Shown here: one piece after another, positions 8,534 to 18,482 of the stretch | How the letters are laid out: each line of letters starts with the position of its first letter | How positions within the stretch are numbered: position 1 is the stretch's first letter | Virus record (IMG/VR): IMGVR_UViG_3300012663_000597 | Span: 1-49,795 of that record | DNA: 49,795 nucleotides | Direction: 5' to 3' (one strand) | Origin: a virus | Taxonomy: Duplodnaviria > Caudoviricetes | Notes under the pieces: generated by a model | Told to the model about the DNA's origin: nothing | The model's input: the letters and a program-made list of their open reading frames with translations, nothing else | The model's database searches: none | Translations under genes and position numbers: made by a program

Positions 8534-9325
8534 TTAGCCGATAATGAAAGTCATAGGAGTTCCGCCGGGAACATTTAGATCAATTTCTTTATCTAAGGCA
8601 GCTAATTCTTCTTTACCGGCTGCTTGTAGTGCAGTGCCATTTAATGTAATTGGACTGCCAGGGCCTGCAATACTACCAAATTTGCTACGTGCTTCACCTA
8701 ACATTAGTTTACATACTGCAAGAGTATAATCACGTAACCACTGTTTTGCATAAATGTCTTGTAACAATACAAAGTCCGGACGATAGTTATGGCAACGAAT
8801 TAAAATTTGTTCGCCTTGAGCAAACGGACGTTGTAGTATAGTTAATATATGACTAGTTGCTTTCCACTTGAATTCAATAAACGATCCAAACATTTTACCC
8901 ACTAATTTCTGGTATCCTGCAAACAATTCGTATGTTGCCAAACCGCCCATCATAGAACCGCTTAGTAAATAACTATTTGTATATGCTAAGTTGAATGGTT
9001 CAAATAGTGTACCGCCAGCACCCATGCCAGAACGTGAGCCTATAGCTCTGCGGAATACACTTTGTACTTCAACAACTTCATTGGGTAATCGATATTCATT
9101 CTGATCTTGAACTAATTCAAGGAACATATAGCTTTCTTCAACAGCATTACTACTACGTTGTCTATAACGGTTAATTGCCCGGTCTAATGCTGTTTCATAA
9201 TGAATCGGGTCTAATTCAACATCAATCATGCCGTCGCCCAGCATCGTACGCACATAATCAAATACTGCGTTACGTTCTTTTGTACTGTCTGATAAACTAG
9301 GATCTTGTGGGTAATTATCGGCCAT
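8534..9325 (-). CDS. gp13: Neck protein (T4 gp13-like), 263 aa
   Basis: 'VRTMLGDGMIDVELD', 'WLRDYTLAVCKLMLGEARSKF', 'ITLNG', terminal 'FIIG'. Start revised to ATG 9325 (GGAG RBS, late promoter at 9343-9350). Confidence 0.88.
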   Translation of the reverse strand: MADNYPQDPSLSDSTKERNAVFDYVRTMLGDGMIDVELDPIHYETALDRAINRYRQRSSNAVEESYMFLELVQDQNEYRLPNEVVEVQSVFRRAIGSRSGMGAGGTLFEPFNLAYTNSYLLSGSMMGGLATYELFAGYQKLVGKMFGSFIEFKWKATSHILTILQRPFAQGEQILIRCHNYRPDFVLLQDIYAKQWLRDYTLAVCKLMLGEARSKFGSIAGPGSPITLNGTALQAAGKEELAALDKEIDLNVPGGTPMTFIIG

Positions 9326-9341
9326 TGTAAGTTCTCCACTC

Positions 9342-9363
9342 ATATTTATCTTACGATAAATAT
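9342..9363. promoter_or_regulatory. Divergent pair of late promoters (perfect 9-bp inverted repeat ATATTTATC-N4-GATAAATAT)
   Basis: Each arm contains GATAAATA pointing into one of the divergent neck genes. Confidence 0.75.
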
Positions 9364-9366
9364 CAT

Positions 9367-10773
9367 ATGCCAAGACTTTCCCTATATAAGCCCGAGCGGG
9401 GGCAAGATTACCGTTTTATAGATCGCCAAGTTAGCGAGATGTTTCAGGTTGGCGGTACAGATGTGTATTTGCACAAGTATTTAGGGCCTAAAAATCCAGA
9501 AACTGGCACCGCAGATCAGCCAATTTATGATGTTATAAAAGAAACAAATATTCAAGATTTATTGTTTTTAGAAAATCGCGATCGTAAGTATGGTGAGGAA
9601 ATTTATCGTATTCGAGGAATGTACAACGTACAAAATATCGATTTTAATTTAAGTCAGTTTGGCTTATTCATAGACAACGATACGCTGTTTATGACTGTGC
9701 ATATTAATGATTTTATCAACTATATTGGTCGCAAGCCACTCAGCGGTGATGTTATTGAATTGCCACATTTACGTGATCAATTTGCATTGAATGAGTTTGA
9801 CATTGCATTACCAAGATATTACGTAATTGAAGATGTAGGCCGAGCTAGTGAAGGTTTTAGTTCAACGTGGTATCCACATCTGTATAGATTAAAACTTAAG
9901 AAGATTACAGATTCTCAACAATTTGCAGACATTCTTGATAAGCCAGCAGTTGATGCTAATGGTGATCCATCTGATAAAACTTTACGAGAATTATTAAGTA
10001 CACACAACAAAGAGTTAGAAATTAATGATGCAGTTTTACAACAAGCTGAGGCAGATGCTGCAAAAAGCGGTTATGAAACTAGACAGTTTTATACACTAGC
10101 AGTTGACCCGTTAACAGGAAAAACACTATTACAGACTGCTGACGAAACAGAACTTAATGCTAGCAGTACATCATATAATGTCAGCGAAAATACTAATCGT
10201 CCTACTCGTACAGGTTACACTGGGTACTTAATAGGTGACGGATTCCCGTCTAACGGTTACGATTTTGGCCACGGTATTCAATTTCCAGATGCGCCGGGAC
10301 AGGATGATTTTTTCCTACGTACAGATTTTATGCCTAACAGATTGTTCCGCTTTGACGGTAGCCGATGGGTTAAAGTTGAAGATGCTGTACGTATGAACAT
10401 GACTAATAATGATGCACGTCAGACATTAAAAACTGGATTTATTAACAACAACGCATACATCTATGATCAGATGGTTGTTACAGATTATGTAAAACTTGTA
10501 AAAGACGATTTTGTAATTACAACGACACTTGATTATACTACTGCAACATACCTAGTATTAAAATTGCAAACAACCGAACTTGCATTTGTAGTCGCAGACT
10601 ACGAAGACTTATTTGCAGATGTTGACGGCAAACTAGTAATCACATTGCCAATTATTAATGAAATTCAACAAGCTGTGCCAGAAACTGGTACATGGAAAGT
10701 TAGTTTATGTAATGGGCGCGAGGCACAAAGACAAAGTCTTAGCAAAGCACTTAGACCAAAGGCAGATCTATAA
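9367..10773 (+). CDS. gp14: Neck/head-closure protein (T4 gp14-like) with C-terminal extension
   Basis: 'GTDVYLHK', 'DLLFLENRDRKY', 'LSQFGLFI', 'KPLSGDVIELP', 'LYRLKL'; between gp13- and gp15-like genes. Confidence 0.7.
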   Translation: MPRLSLYKPERGQDYRFIDRQVSEMFQVGGTDVYLHKYLGPKNPETGTADQPIYDVIKETNIQDLLFLENRDRKYGEEIYRIRGMYNVQNIDFNLSQFGLFIDNDTLFMTVHINDFINYIGRKPLSGDVIELPHLRDQFALNEFDIALPRYYVIEDVGRASEGFSSTWYPHLYRLKLKKITDSQQFADILDKPAVDANGDPSDKTLRELLSTHNKELEINDAVLQQAEADAAKSGYETRQFYTLAVDPLTGKTLLQTADETELNASSTSYNVSENTNRPTRTGYTGYLIGDGFPSNGYDFGHGIQFPDAPGQDDFFLRTDFMPNRLFRFDGSRWVKVEDAVRMNMTNNDARQTLKTGFINNNAYIYDQMVVTDYVKLVKDDFVITTTLDYTTATYLVLKLQTTELAFVVADYEDLFADVDGKLVITLPIINEIQQAVPETGTWKVSLCNGREAQRQSLSKALRPKADL

Positions 10774-12260
10774 TGCAACATTTTTATGACGGGCAAATAA
10801 GAAGATACTTAACTCAAACTATTCGTGCGTTAAGCAACTTTGTAGTTAGGTACGGTGATGGTACTCTAGTACGTGTTCCAGTAATGTACGGAGATGCCGA
10901 TAGACAAGCATCTAGCATCATTCGACAAAACAGTGAGAATGCAATTAATAGCTCTCCACGTATTAGTGTTTACATTACAGGATTAGATCTTGATAGAGAA
11001 CGATTGAGCGACAGTACTTATGTAGGTAAATTGAACATTCGTGAACGTGATATCAATCTTGAAACAGATCAATATACTCAAGGACAAGGTCGAAATTATA
11101 CGGTTGAACGTTTAATGCCTACACCGTTTAAATTAACAATGAAGGCAGATATTTGGTCATCAAACACCGAACAAAAATTGCAAATACTAGAACAGATTTT
11201 AGTATTATTCAACCCAAGTCTCGAACTTCAAACAACTGACAACTATGTTGACTGGACTAGCTTAACAGTATTGAATTTAAACAGTACTAACTGGTCAAGC
11301 AGATCCGTACCAGTCGGCACAGATACACCTATTGATATTGCTACGCTAACACTTGACACTCCTATATGGATTAGTCCGCCAGTCAAAGTTAAGCATCTTG
11401 GCGTTATTACAAATATTATTACCAGCATCTATCAAGGCGCAGGAAATGACGGTGCAGGATATATTGACGGACTAACTCCGTATACTCCAGACCCAGGACT
11501 TACAATTTCTAGTTTACTATCAGAGCAACGTACTACAATTACTGATTATAATATCCATGTGTATGGTAGTCAAGCAATGTTGTATTCTAAAACATCAAAT
11601 GCTCTTCCTGCAGAACCTACTTTAGATATACCAGTACTTCAAGGACCTGCTGTATTATGGTCTGAATTGTTTAATCAATATCTCGGAAAGTTTGTTCCCG
11701 GCTCTAGTACTTTATTTTTAACACAACTAAATGGCACAGAAGTTGTTGGCACTATTGCGGTTAATCCGTTAGATGAAACCTTACTTGAAGTTAGTTGGGA
11801 TCCAGATACATATCCAACCAATAACGGTATTGACAGTAACGGGTTAATTGAAACAGTAGATGCAGACTACGACGGTGCAAATAGTTATAGACCAGGAAGT
11901 CCGGGAACGTTTAATGCAATTATTGACCCGTTAACTAAAGCGCCAAGAGGTTCTGGTTTGCCTGATCCCACAATTGGTGTTCGTTACCTAATTGTAGAAG
12001 ACATCGGTGCTGACGGTAACACTGACGGTGCAGATGCGTGGAAAGGCGACGACGATAGCGATTTAGTTGCGCATGCTAATGATATCATTGAATGGGATGG
12101 TACTAAGTGGCAGGTTATATTTGATAGTGTTCAGAAACCTGATGTACTCATCTACCAAACGAATATATACACTAAGATACAATACATGTGGAACGGTGTA
12201 ACATGGGTTAAATCGTTTGAGGGTGCATATAGGGCAGGACATTGGAGAATCGAGTTGTAA
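10773..12260 (+). CDS. gp15: Tail terminator / sheath stabiliser (T4 gp15-like) with C-terminal extension
   Basis: 'HFYDGQIRRY', 'RVPVMYG', 'PRISV', 'PTPFKL', 'QILEQILVLFNPS' gp15 motifs. Confidence 0.85.
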   Translation: MQHFYDGQIRRYLTQTIRALSNFVVRYGDGTLVRVPVMYGDADRQASSIIRQNSENAINSSPRISVYITGLDLDRERLSDSTYVGKLNIRERDINLETDQYTQGQGRNYTVERLMPTPFKLTMKADIWSSNTEQKLQILEQILVLFNPSLELQTTDNYVDWTSLTVLNLNSTNWSSRSVPVGTDTPIDIATLTLDTPIWISPPVKVKHLGVITNIITSIYQGAGNDGAGYIDGLTPYTPDPGLTISSLLSEQRTTITDYNIHVYGSQAMLYSKTSNALPAEPTLDIPVLQGPAVLWSELFNQYLGKFVPGSSTLFLTQLNGTEVVGTIAVNPLDETLLEVSWDPDTYPTNNGIDSNGLIETVDADYDGANSYRPGSPGTFNAIIDPLTKAPRGSGLPDPTIGVRYLIVEDIGADGNTDGADAWKGDDDSDLVAHANDIIEWDGTKWQVIFDSVQKPDVLIYQTNIYTKIQYMWNGVTWVKSFEGAYRAGHWRIEL

Positions 12261-12691
12261 CTGATAAGATTGTGTGTAGTGGCGCATTAATTTACGCCAA
12301 GTCTACTCGCAGATTTTTACTCTTGCAAAAAGCTCAAGGCAAGCATGCCGGAACTTGGGGATTAGTAGGCGGTACTAATCTTCAAGATGAGAATCCTTGG
12401 CAGGGACTCCAGCGTGAAGTTAAAGAAGAAATTGGTTCTATTCCAAAGATTCTTAAAACAATTCCAATTGAAACATTTGTTAGCAACGATTTAGTTTTTA
12501 ACTTTCACACATACTTGTGTGTAGTTGAGAATGAATTCATTCCTGTATTAAGCGATGAACATATTGCATGGGCATGGGCTACAGTTGACTATGCACCTAA
12601 ACCTTTACATCAAGGGTTACGTAATAGCTTTGCTAGTAAAACTATCCGCACAAAACTGCAAACAATATTTGATATTATTGAATTGATTTAA
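12242..12691 (+). CDS. NUDIX hydrolase
   Basis: Nudix box 'GGTNLQDENPWQGLQREVKEEIG' and 'LSDEH..WAW'; start codon uncertain (TTG). Confidence 0.88.
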   Translation: MENRVVTDKIVCSGALIYAKSTRRFLLLQKAQGKHAGTWGLVGGTNLQDENPWQGLQREVKEEIGSIPKILKTIPIETFVSNDLVFNFHTYLCVVENEFIPVLSDEHIAWAWATVDYAPKPLHQGLRNSFASKTIRTKLQTIFDIIELI

Positions 12692-14156
12692 TATAGTCAA
12701 TCCATTGTTTATGATCAACTGCGTATTTTCTTAAATCTAATTTAATTTTCTTTACTTGCTCCGATGCATGTTTAGCATGTTGCATTAAATGTTTAGAATT
12801 CAAATATCTTTCAATACCGTCTTTAGTAAATCTTTGGTGTCCGTATCCAATAGCTGTATAACTAAAAGAATCAAACATACCTTTTTTAGGAAAATCTTGC
12901 GGACCTGGGAATGAATTTTTTAATTTGTTATCTAAATTTTGCAACCAAGTTGGTGTATTGTTAGTTAAAAATTTCCAAAATTCTGAATCTGTTCGTCCCG
13001 TGTGATAAAAGAATCTAATATATTCAAGACTGTTTTCATAAAGCCTATTTGAAAATGTGTTATAGCTATCTATATTAAACTGACATTTGGTTAAAGAATG
13101 TAACGTAGTTATAGTTTCTAATTGACTGTATGCATTATGTAAACTAGTTGCTTCAAGTGGTTCTACAAATCCGCTCGATAATCCAATAGCAATGCAGTTG
13201 CCTATCCATTGATCTTTCCAGTAGCCGTTATTAAACTTAATAACACGGTCACTGGCTAATTCTGTACCGTGTGTTTTTAACAACCATTTATTAAAATCTG
13301 TTTTAGCTTCTTCGTCGGATGTAAATTCTGACGAGTATACATATCCAGTACCTCTCCTATTAGATAACGGAACATCTAATATCCAACCATTCTTAGTTGC
13401 CTCAGCAGTAGTATAAGGTGGTATATAATCGTATTTTTTAAATAAGGGATTAGGAATTGTACGATTAGTAGGTAGTTGGTTAGACACATCAATCCATTCT
13501 GGATCTAGATGTTTAAATAATGCATACTCTAATCCTGATGCATCTATAAACAAGTCGCTAGTAATTGTATTACCTGATGCTAGTATTATAGATGTGATTT
13601 CTCTATTATTAACATTAACCTGTCGTACAACATCGTCGACAATATTAATTCGATCTTTAAATTTTGATTCAATATATCTTCCAACTAGAGTTGCATCAAT
13701 GTGCATAGCATGTCTATAAGATAAATTATCTACGCCAAATATTAAATTATTGTCGTAATAAAAATTGTCATAGTTATATGCATTTTCGTATTCATTATGC
13801 AAAATATCATACGCATCTATTGCATTAAAATCTCTAATTGTAGGATCTGTGGCGGCTAAGGCTTCGTTTATTGGAAAACTATGAGTCCATTCACTGCCTT
13901 CGTATGCCCAGTTTTTAAATTTTAGTCCTAATTTAATTGTGGCATGACAATGTTGCACTAACTCTACAGTTGTTATACCAACAGTTTTTAGATAGTTGTC
14001 AAAAATAGGAGTTAGACTTTCACCGACACCAATTCCAGGTTTACTATGATCGTATATCATAGTAACATCAACTAGCTCTCCCCAATAAGATTTAAAATAA
14101 GTTGCTGCCATAACTCCGGCGGTGCCGCCGCCAACTACTGTAATTTTATAAGCCAT
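12675..14156 (-). CDS. Flavin-dependent (tryptophan) halogenase homolog 1
   Basis: GGGTAG FAD motif, 'IGVGES', catalytic-Lys region 'ATIKLGLKF', 'FIDASG', 'FVEPLEAT'; WxWxIP degenerate as 'WILDVP'. Confidence 0.88.
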   Translation of the reverse strand: MAYKITVVGGGTAGVMAATYFKSYWGELVDVTMIYDHSKPGIGVGESLTPIFDNYLKTVGITTVELVQHCHATIKLGLKFKNWAYEGSEWTHSFPINEALAATDPTIRDFNAIDAYDILHNEYENAYNYDNFYYDNNLIFGVDNLSYRHAMHIDATLVGRYIESKFKDRINIVDDVVRQVNVNNREITSIILASGNTITSDLFIDASGLEYALFKHLDPEWIDVSNQLPTNRTIPNPLFKKYDYIPPYTTAEATKNGWILDVPLSNRRGTGYVYSSEFTSDEEAKTDFNKWLLKTHGTELASDRVIKFNNGYWKDQWIGNCIAIGLSSGFVEPLEATSLHNAYSQLETITTLHSLTKCQFNIDSYNTFSNRLYENSLEYIRFFYHTGRTDSEFWKFLTNNTPTWLQNLDNKLKNSFPGPQDFPKKGMFDSFSYTAIGYGHQRFTKDGIERYLNSKHLMQHAKHASEQVKKIKLDLRKYAVDHKQWIDYIKSIQ

Positions 14157-14783
14157 TTAAAGTGCGTCCTTTGCCATTCCGTAAGCAACATTTATGATTA
14201 CGCGGCGATCTACATCGTGGGGAGTTGCACTTGCATGATAATGCCCGCCATCAAATCCTAATAATCTGTTGCGGCGTGGGGTTACTGTTTGTAATATTGT
14301 TTCCTTTCCTAGGTAGTTTTCTTTAAAATATCCGTAACTTGCATTTGCAAAATCGTCATATCTTGATTTATCTAGATCAAAATCATATTTTTCATTGTAT
14401 ATCACAGTAGGAGAATCTGAGTCGGTTAGATATAATATTCCTACTCTATGAGGAAATGGTAGATCAATATGCGGATCATTAGTGTATTGACCGCAAGTAC
14501 GAGGTTGTAATACTACCCTAACTCTAAATATTTGATCTGCAGGATGTCCTATTTTATCAATGCAATCAAACAGTATAGGCTGTAGTAATACTCCTATGTC
14601 ATTCTGAGCTTGCCCATCAACAATTGGATAGTTTGTAAAGTTAAAAGGGTGTGGATTGTTACTAATAAGTTTCCCAAAAGGATATGTAATTGGACTATAG
14701 TGCCACGGAAAATCATATCTTAATAATTTGTCTTCTAGTAAACTAAGAACAGATGCGGAAAGTGCGTTATCTATTATTTTCAT
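14157..14783 (-). CDS. Fe(II)/2OG-dependent oxygenase-fold protein (HxD type)
   Basis: 'PHID', 'ILYLTDSD', 'FDGGHYHAS', 'RRVIIN'. Confidence 0.8.
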   Translation of the reverse strand: MKIIDNALSASVLSLLEDKLLRYDFPWHYSPITYPFGKLISNNPHPFNFTNYPIVDGQAQNDIGVLLQPILFDCIDKIGHPADQIFRVRVVLQPRTCGQYTNDPHIDLPFPHRVGILYLTDSDSPTVIYNEKYDFDLDKSRYDDFANASYGYFKENYLGKETILQTVTPRRNRLLGFDGGHYHASATPHDVDRRVIINVAYGMAKDAL

Positions 14784-15442
14784 TGAGTTACTGACCTAAT
14801 ATTTCCGGCTACTGATATTCTATAACCGTCACTTGTATAAAACGGATTCACGCTGTGATTTAATTTTGACGGGAACAGTATAATTGTTCCTTCGTGATTT
14901 TTATCTACTTCAATCATAAAATGTTTATGCTGTCCCATTAAATTTGAATAATGAAATGTAAATTTTGAAGTTCTGTTAGAACGATTGCCGCCACTAACTG
15001 TGGGAAAATATGCTTCTTCTTCTGCTAAGTCATATGGTATATTAATCCATATAACAAAACTTGCAATACCTGTATGTTCGTGTGGGGGGTTAAATTCGTG
15101 TTTTTTTTGAATGTTTACCCATAAATCTGTAAGCTGTAACTTTTTATACAACCTCGGATCTGGGTCATCGTAGTGATCAAATAATCCCCACTGTTGATCA
15201 TACAAGTTAGTTAAGTGTAAAATATACGGTTCGATCCTAGAAATACAGTTAGATAAATCATGCTCGTGAACCATATGCCCAAGCAATTTATCATTGTATG
15301 ACTGCTGAGATTTAAAATTACTGTTGATTATTTCTTGTATTTCTAAATTTAGCATAGCTAGCATGTCATCCGGAATTCGATCTGACAATACTCCAATGTT
15401 CGGAAGTTCGTTATATCTTACACTAGGCATGTTATCTGACAT
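14780..15442 (-). CDS. Fe(II)/2OG oxygenase-fold protein (HxH type, TIGR02466-like)
   Basis: 'WVNIQKKHEFNPPHEH', 'FPSKLNHSV', 'RISVAGN'. Confidence 0.82.
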   Translation of the reverse strand: MSDNMPSVRYNELPNIGVLSDRIPDDMLAMLNLEIQEIINSNFKSQQSYNDKLLGHMVHEHDLSNCISRIEPYILHLTNLYDQQWGLFDHYDDPDPRLYKKLQLTDLWVNIQKKHEFNPPHEHTGIASFVIWINIPYDLAEEEAYFPTVSGGNRSNRTSKFTFHYSNLMGQHKHFMIEVDKNHEGTIILFPSKLNHSVNPFYTSDGYRISVAGNIRSVTQ

Positions 15443-15452
15443 GGTTATTCCT

Positions 15453-17255
15453 TTACTGACTGCTATTTTTTACAATAATTAATTTGTTAAATTCTGGTAA
15501 AAACAAATATTCGATATCAGAATTTTGCAAAGTCCATATAGCATCGTCTACAGTTTCAACTAATGGTTCTCCACCTAAATTAAAACTAGTATTAAAAATA
15601 ATAGGACAACCTGTTTGATTATAGAATTCTTTAATTAAATTATAATAATGAAAATTCTGCTCTTCTGTAACTGTTTGTATACGACAAGTACCATCAACGT
15701 GAATGATACTAGGTATTTTTTCTGCAACACCTGGCTGACAATTTACGGCATACATCATGTGCGGACTACTAGTCATACCCCTTAGATCAAACCATTCATG
15801 CACATGTTCTTGCAATATAGATCCAGCAAACGGACGGAAATACTCGCGGTGTTTAACTTTGTTAACGTAATCTTTACCATCTGCAAATCTTGGATCAAAC
15901 AATACACTTCGATTACCTAGAGCACGTGGACCGTTTTCTGACTGGCCCTGATAAATTGTTACAATATTTTTATTAACTAGTAAATTAACTATATCGCTAT
16001 ACGAAGCATCGATGATTTCTACATTATTAGCCTGTGCTATTTTTACAATATGATCAACTGTATAGTTATGTTTAGGCCCTAAATATAAAGTTTCATATTT
16101 TCTAATAGTAGTATCTTCAGTCAAGTGGCGCCAGAAAAACATTGCGGCGCCCATGGCAGTACCTGCATCATTACTAATTGGCTCTACATAAATTTCAATG
16201 CCATCTTCTTTTAATGCGTCAAGGTAATAATAATTAGCAACACAGTTTAAACCGTAACCTCCGCTAATCACTACCCGCTTATTACCTGTCATACTAACTG
16301 CTTTTTTGATTAGTTTAACAACTTCAGCTTGCGTTTGAATTTGCGTAGCATATGCTACATCTCGTCTATTTTGTAATAAACTAACATCTTCGTCGTCACT
16401 AATTGTACCACCTAAGTACGAACTTGTAAGTTTGTTAATTTTTGCACCAGACGGATACGTTGGTATAACTAAATTTCTATTAGATAACGACCTAGGGCCC
16501 TCATCAACAAATAGTGCTGGAATTTCAGTAGACGGCTTTCCGTATGGGAACAATCCCATAGTTTTTCCAGCTTCAATTTCTTGGAAGCCACAATACAAAG
16601 ATGCAGCTTCGTATACTTTTACAATGCCTGCCCTATCTGAAAACAGTGCCTCGTATGTATTTCCAGGTTCGCTAATCCATTCACCGTCCATTTTAGATTC
16701 TAATTTTGGAATAATGTTAAATTTAGTAGCGTGATGTTTGTAGTGTGTTTTAATTTCTGCAGGATAATTGCAACTAAAAATTGATTCTGTTTCCCACGTA
16801 ATAATATCCATATTGTCTATAACTGTAGGAAAAAATGTTCCAGCACCGTCTACTACTAGTGCAGTTGCTGATTCCCAGCCTGATCGATAAAATGCGCAAG
16901 CGGCATGTAACTTGTGATGTATATTACACATATCAATAATTTGCGGATGGTTACTAAAATTGTAGGCTCGGCTAATTAATCCTAGCTTTCTAGCAAACCC
17001 AACATATATATTATCTCCAGTAAACTCTATACTGCCAGCTTCGCCCAATGGAGTAGTATGGGAAAAGACCATATAATCAAGTTTATCGGTGTATTCTAAA
17101 ATTTTAAGTATACTAGCAAACGGGCCGCCATCATACTTGTGTCTAGTAAGTCTTTCTTCTTCTACAGAAAATACAATTTCGCCATCCTTTAGCAAACACA
17201 CACCAGAGTTATGTCCTCTAGCAAATCCTGCAATCCATATTGGTTTTTTATCCAT
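15453..17255 (-). CDS. Carbamoyltransferase (NodU/CmcH/TobZ family)
   Basis: 'GHNSG', 'EEERLTRHK', 'HHKLHA', 'VVDGAG', 'SGGYGLNCVAN', 'DAGTAMG', 'GPRALGNRS', 'KHREYFRPFA', 'NTSFNLGGEPLV'. Confidence 0.95.
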   Translation of the reverse strand: MDKKPIWIAGFARGHNSGVCLLKDGEIVFSVEEERLTRHKYDGGPFASILKILEYTDKLDYMVFSHTTPLGEAGSIEFTGDNIYVGFARKLGLISRAYNFSNHPQIIDMCNIHHKLHAACAFYRSGWESATALVVDGAGTFFPTVIDNMDIITWETESIFSCNYPAEIKTHYKHHATKFNIIPKLESKMDGEWISEPGNTYEALFSDRAGIVKVYEAASLYCGFQEIEAGKTMGLFPYGKPSTEIPALFVDEGPRSLSNRNLVIPTYPSGAKINKLTSSYLGGTISDDEDVSLLQNRRDVAYATQIQTQAEVVKLIKKAVSMTGNKRVVISGGYGLNCVANYYYLDALKEDGIEIYVEPISNDAGTAMGAAMFFWRHLTEDTTIRKYETLYLGPKHNYTVDHIVKIAQANNVEIIDASYSDIVNLLVNKNIVTIYQGQSENGPRALGNRSVLFDPRFADGKDYVNKVKHREYFRPFAGSILQEHVHEWFDLRGMTSSPHMMYAVNCQPGVAEKIPSIIHVDGTCRIQTVTEEQNFHYYNLIKEFYNQTGCPIIFNTSFNLGGEPLVETVDDAIWTLQNSDIEYLFLPEFNKLIIVKNSSQ

Positions 17256-17258
17256 TTT

Positions 17259-17867
17259 TTATCCTAAATCTAAATCTGCGCCAGACCATTCTGCTCTAAT
17301 ATTGCCTTTAACAAATGTGTTAAATGCAATAGAAACTCTTTCATTCGACGTTGTGTTTTTCTTTACATAGTGAAAACATTGCGACGGAAAAATAACAATA
17401 CAATTATCTTCAACTGGTAATTCCCATTCTAACGAATTAAAAAAATTATTTTCTTCCGCTGTTAAGTTTAGTAGCATAGGCGGAGTTAGTCTACTAAATG
17501 TAATTGATGGGGTGCTATCTTTGGTTTTTATATATAACACCCCAGATACTATACTATTATTGTGATTATGTATATTGTGTGCTTGACCTGGTTGTGTTAC
17601 ATTTAACCATGAGTTTGTCATATGCAATTTATAATTGTATTTCATGACTTCAGTATAATATTTTTGAGCATGCTCTAAACAAATTTCTTTCAGCCTATTG
17701 AATACTGGGTTATTCAATAACTCACTATTAAATGATGTATTATTTCCGAGTGCCTGTAAAAAAACATCAGTTGAGTAAATATTATCTAATTCTGTTTGTG
17801 TAAGTGTAACTGCATGATTCTTTTTATATATTACCGTTGGAAAGAGGGGAAATAGTTTGTAGTCCAT
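17259..17867 (-). CDS. Fe(II)/2OG oxygenase-fold protein (HxH type, TIGR02466-like), tandem paralog A
   Basis: 'LFPTVIY', 'SWLN', 'HNHNNSIVSGVLYI', 'FPSQCFHYV', 'RVSIAFN'. Confidence 0.88.
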   Translation of the reverse strand: MDYKLFPLFPTVIYKKNHAVTLTQTELDNIYSTDVFLQALGNNTSFNSELLNNPVFNRLKEICLEHAQKYYTEVMKYNYKLHMTNSWLNVTQPGQAHNIHNHNNSIVSGVLYIKTKDSTPSITFSRLTPPMLLNLTAEENNFFNSLEWELPVEDNCIVIFPSQCFHYVKKNTTSNERVSIAFNTFVKGNIRAEWSGADLDLG

Positions 17868-17876
17868 ATAGTATCC

Positions 17877-18479
17877 TTACACTGTTGATTCCACAGGTTC
17901 GTCAAATTCCCAGCTATAATTAACGAATGTGTTAAATGCAATAGAAACTCTTTCGTTTGATGTTACATTTTTCTTCACGTAGTGAAAATACTGCGATGGA
18001 AAAATAATAATACAATTATCGTCAACCGGCAATTCCCACTCTAACGAATTAAAAAAATTATATTCTTCAGCTTTTACATTTAACAACAACGGTGGGGTTA
18101 ATCTACTAAACGTAATTGACGGTGTACTATCTTTAGTTTTTATGTATACCACTCCTGATAACACACTATTATTATGATTATGCATGTCGTGCGCTTGACC
18201 CGGCTGTGTTACGTTTAACCATGAGTTTGTCATATGCAATTTATAATTATATTTCATAACTTCAGTATAATATTTTTGAGCATGCTCTAAACAAATTTTC
18301 CTTAATTTAGAAAATACTGGGTTATTCAACAACAAGACATTAATTGATGAACCATTGCCTTGAGGCTGTAAGTAAACATCAGTTGCGTAAATAGCATCTA
18401 ATTCTTGTTGAGTAATATCAAACGCAAAATCTTTTTTATATATTACTGTTGGAAAAAGAGGGAATAGCTCATAGTCCAT
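17877..18479 (-). CDS. Fe(II)/2OG oxygenase-fold protein (HxH type, TIGR02466-like), tandem paralog B
   Basis: Same motifs; long stretches identical to 17259..17867. Confidence 0.88.
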   Translation of the reverse strand: MDYELFPLFPTVIYKKDFAFDITQQELDAIYATDVYLQPQGNGSSINVLLLNNPVFSKLRKICLEHAQKYYTEVMKYNYKLHMTNSWLNVTQPGQAHDMHNHNNSVLSGVVYIKTKDSTPSITFSRLTPPLLLNVKAEEYNFFNSLEWELPVDDNCIIIFPSQYFHYVKKNVTSNERVSIAFNTFVNYSWEFDEPVESTV

Positions 18480-18482
18480 CAG

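Noticed and set aside
9326-9373. N-terminal extension of the gp13 ORF
   Set aside because: Spans the divergent promoters; GGAG RBS supports ATG 9325.
17259-18479. Diversity-generating retroelement template/variable repeat pair
   Set aside because: Both copies are full genes, differences are not adenine-specific, and no reverse transcriptase is in the window.
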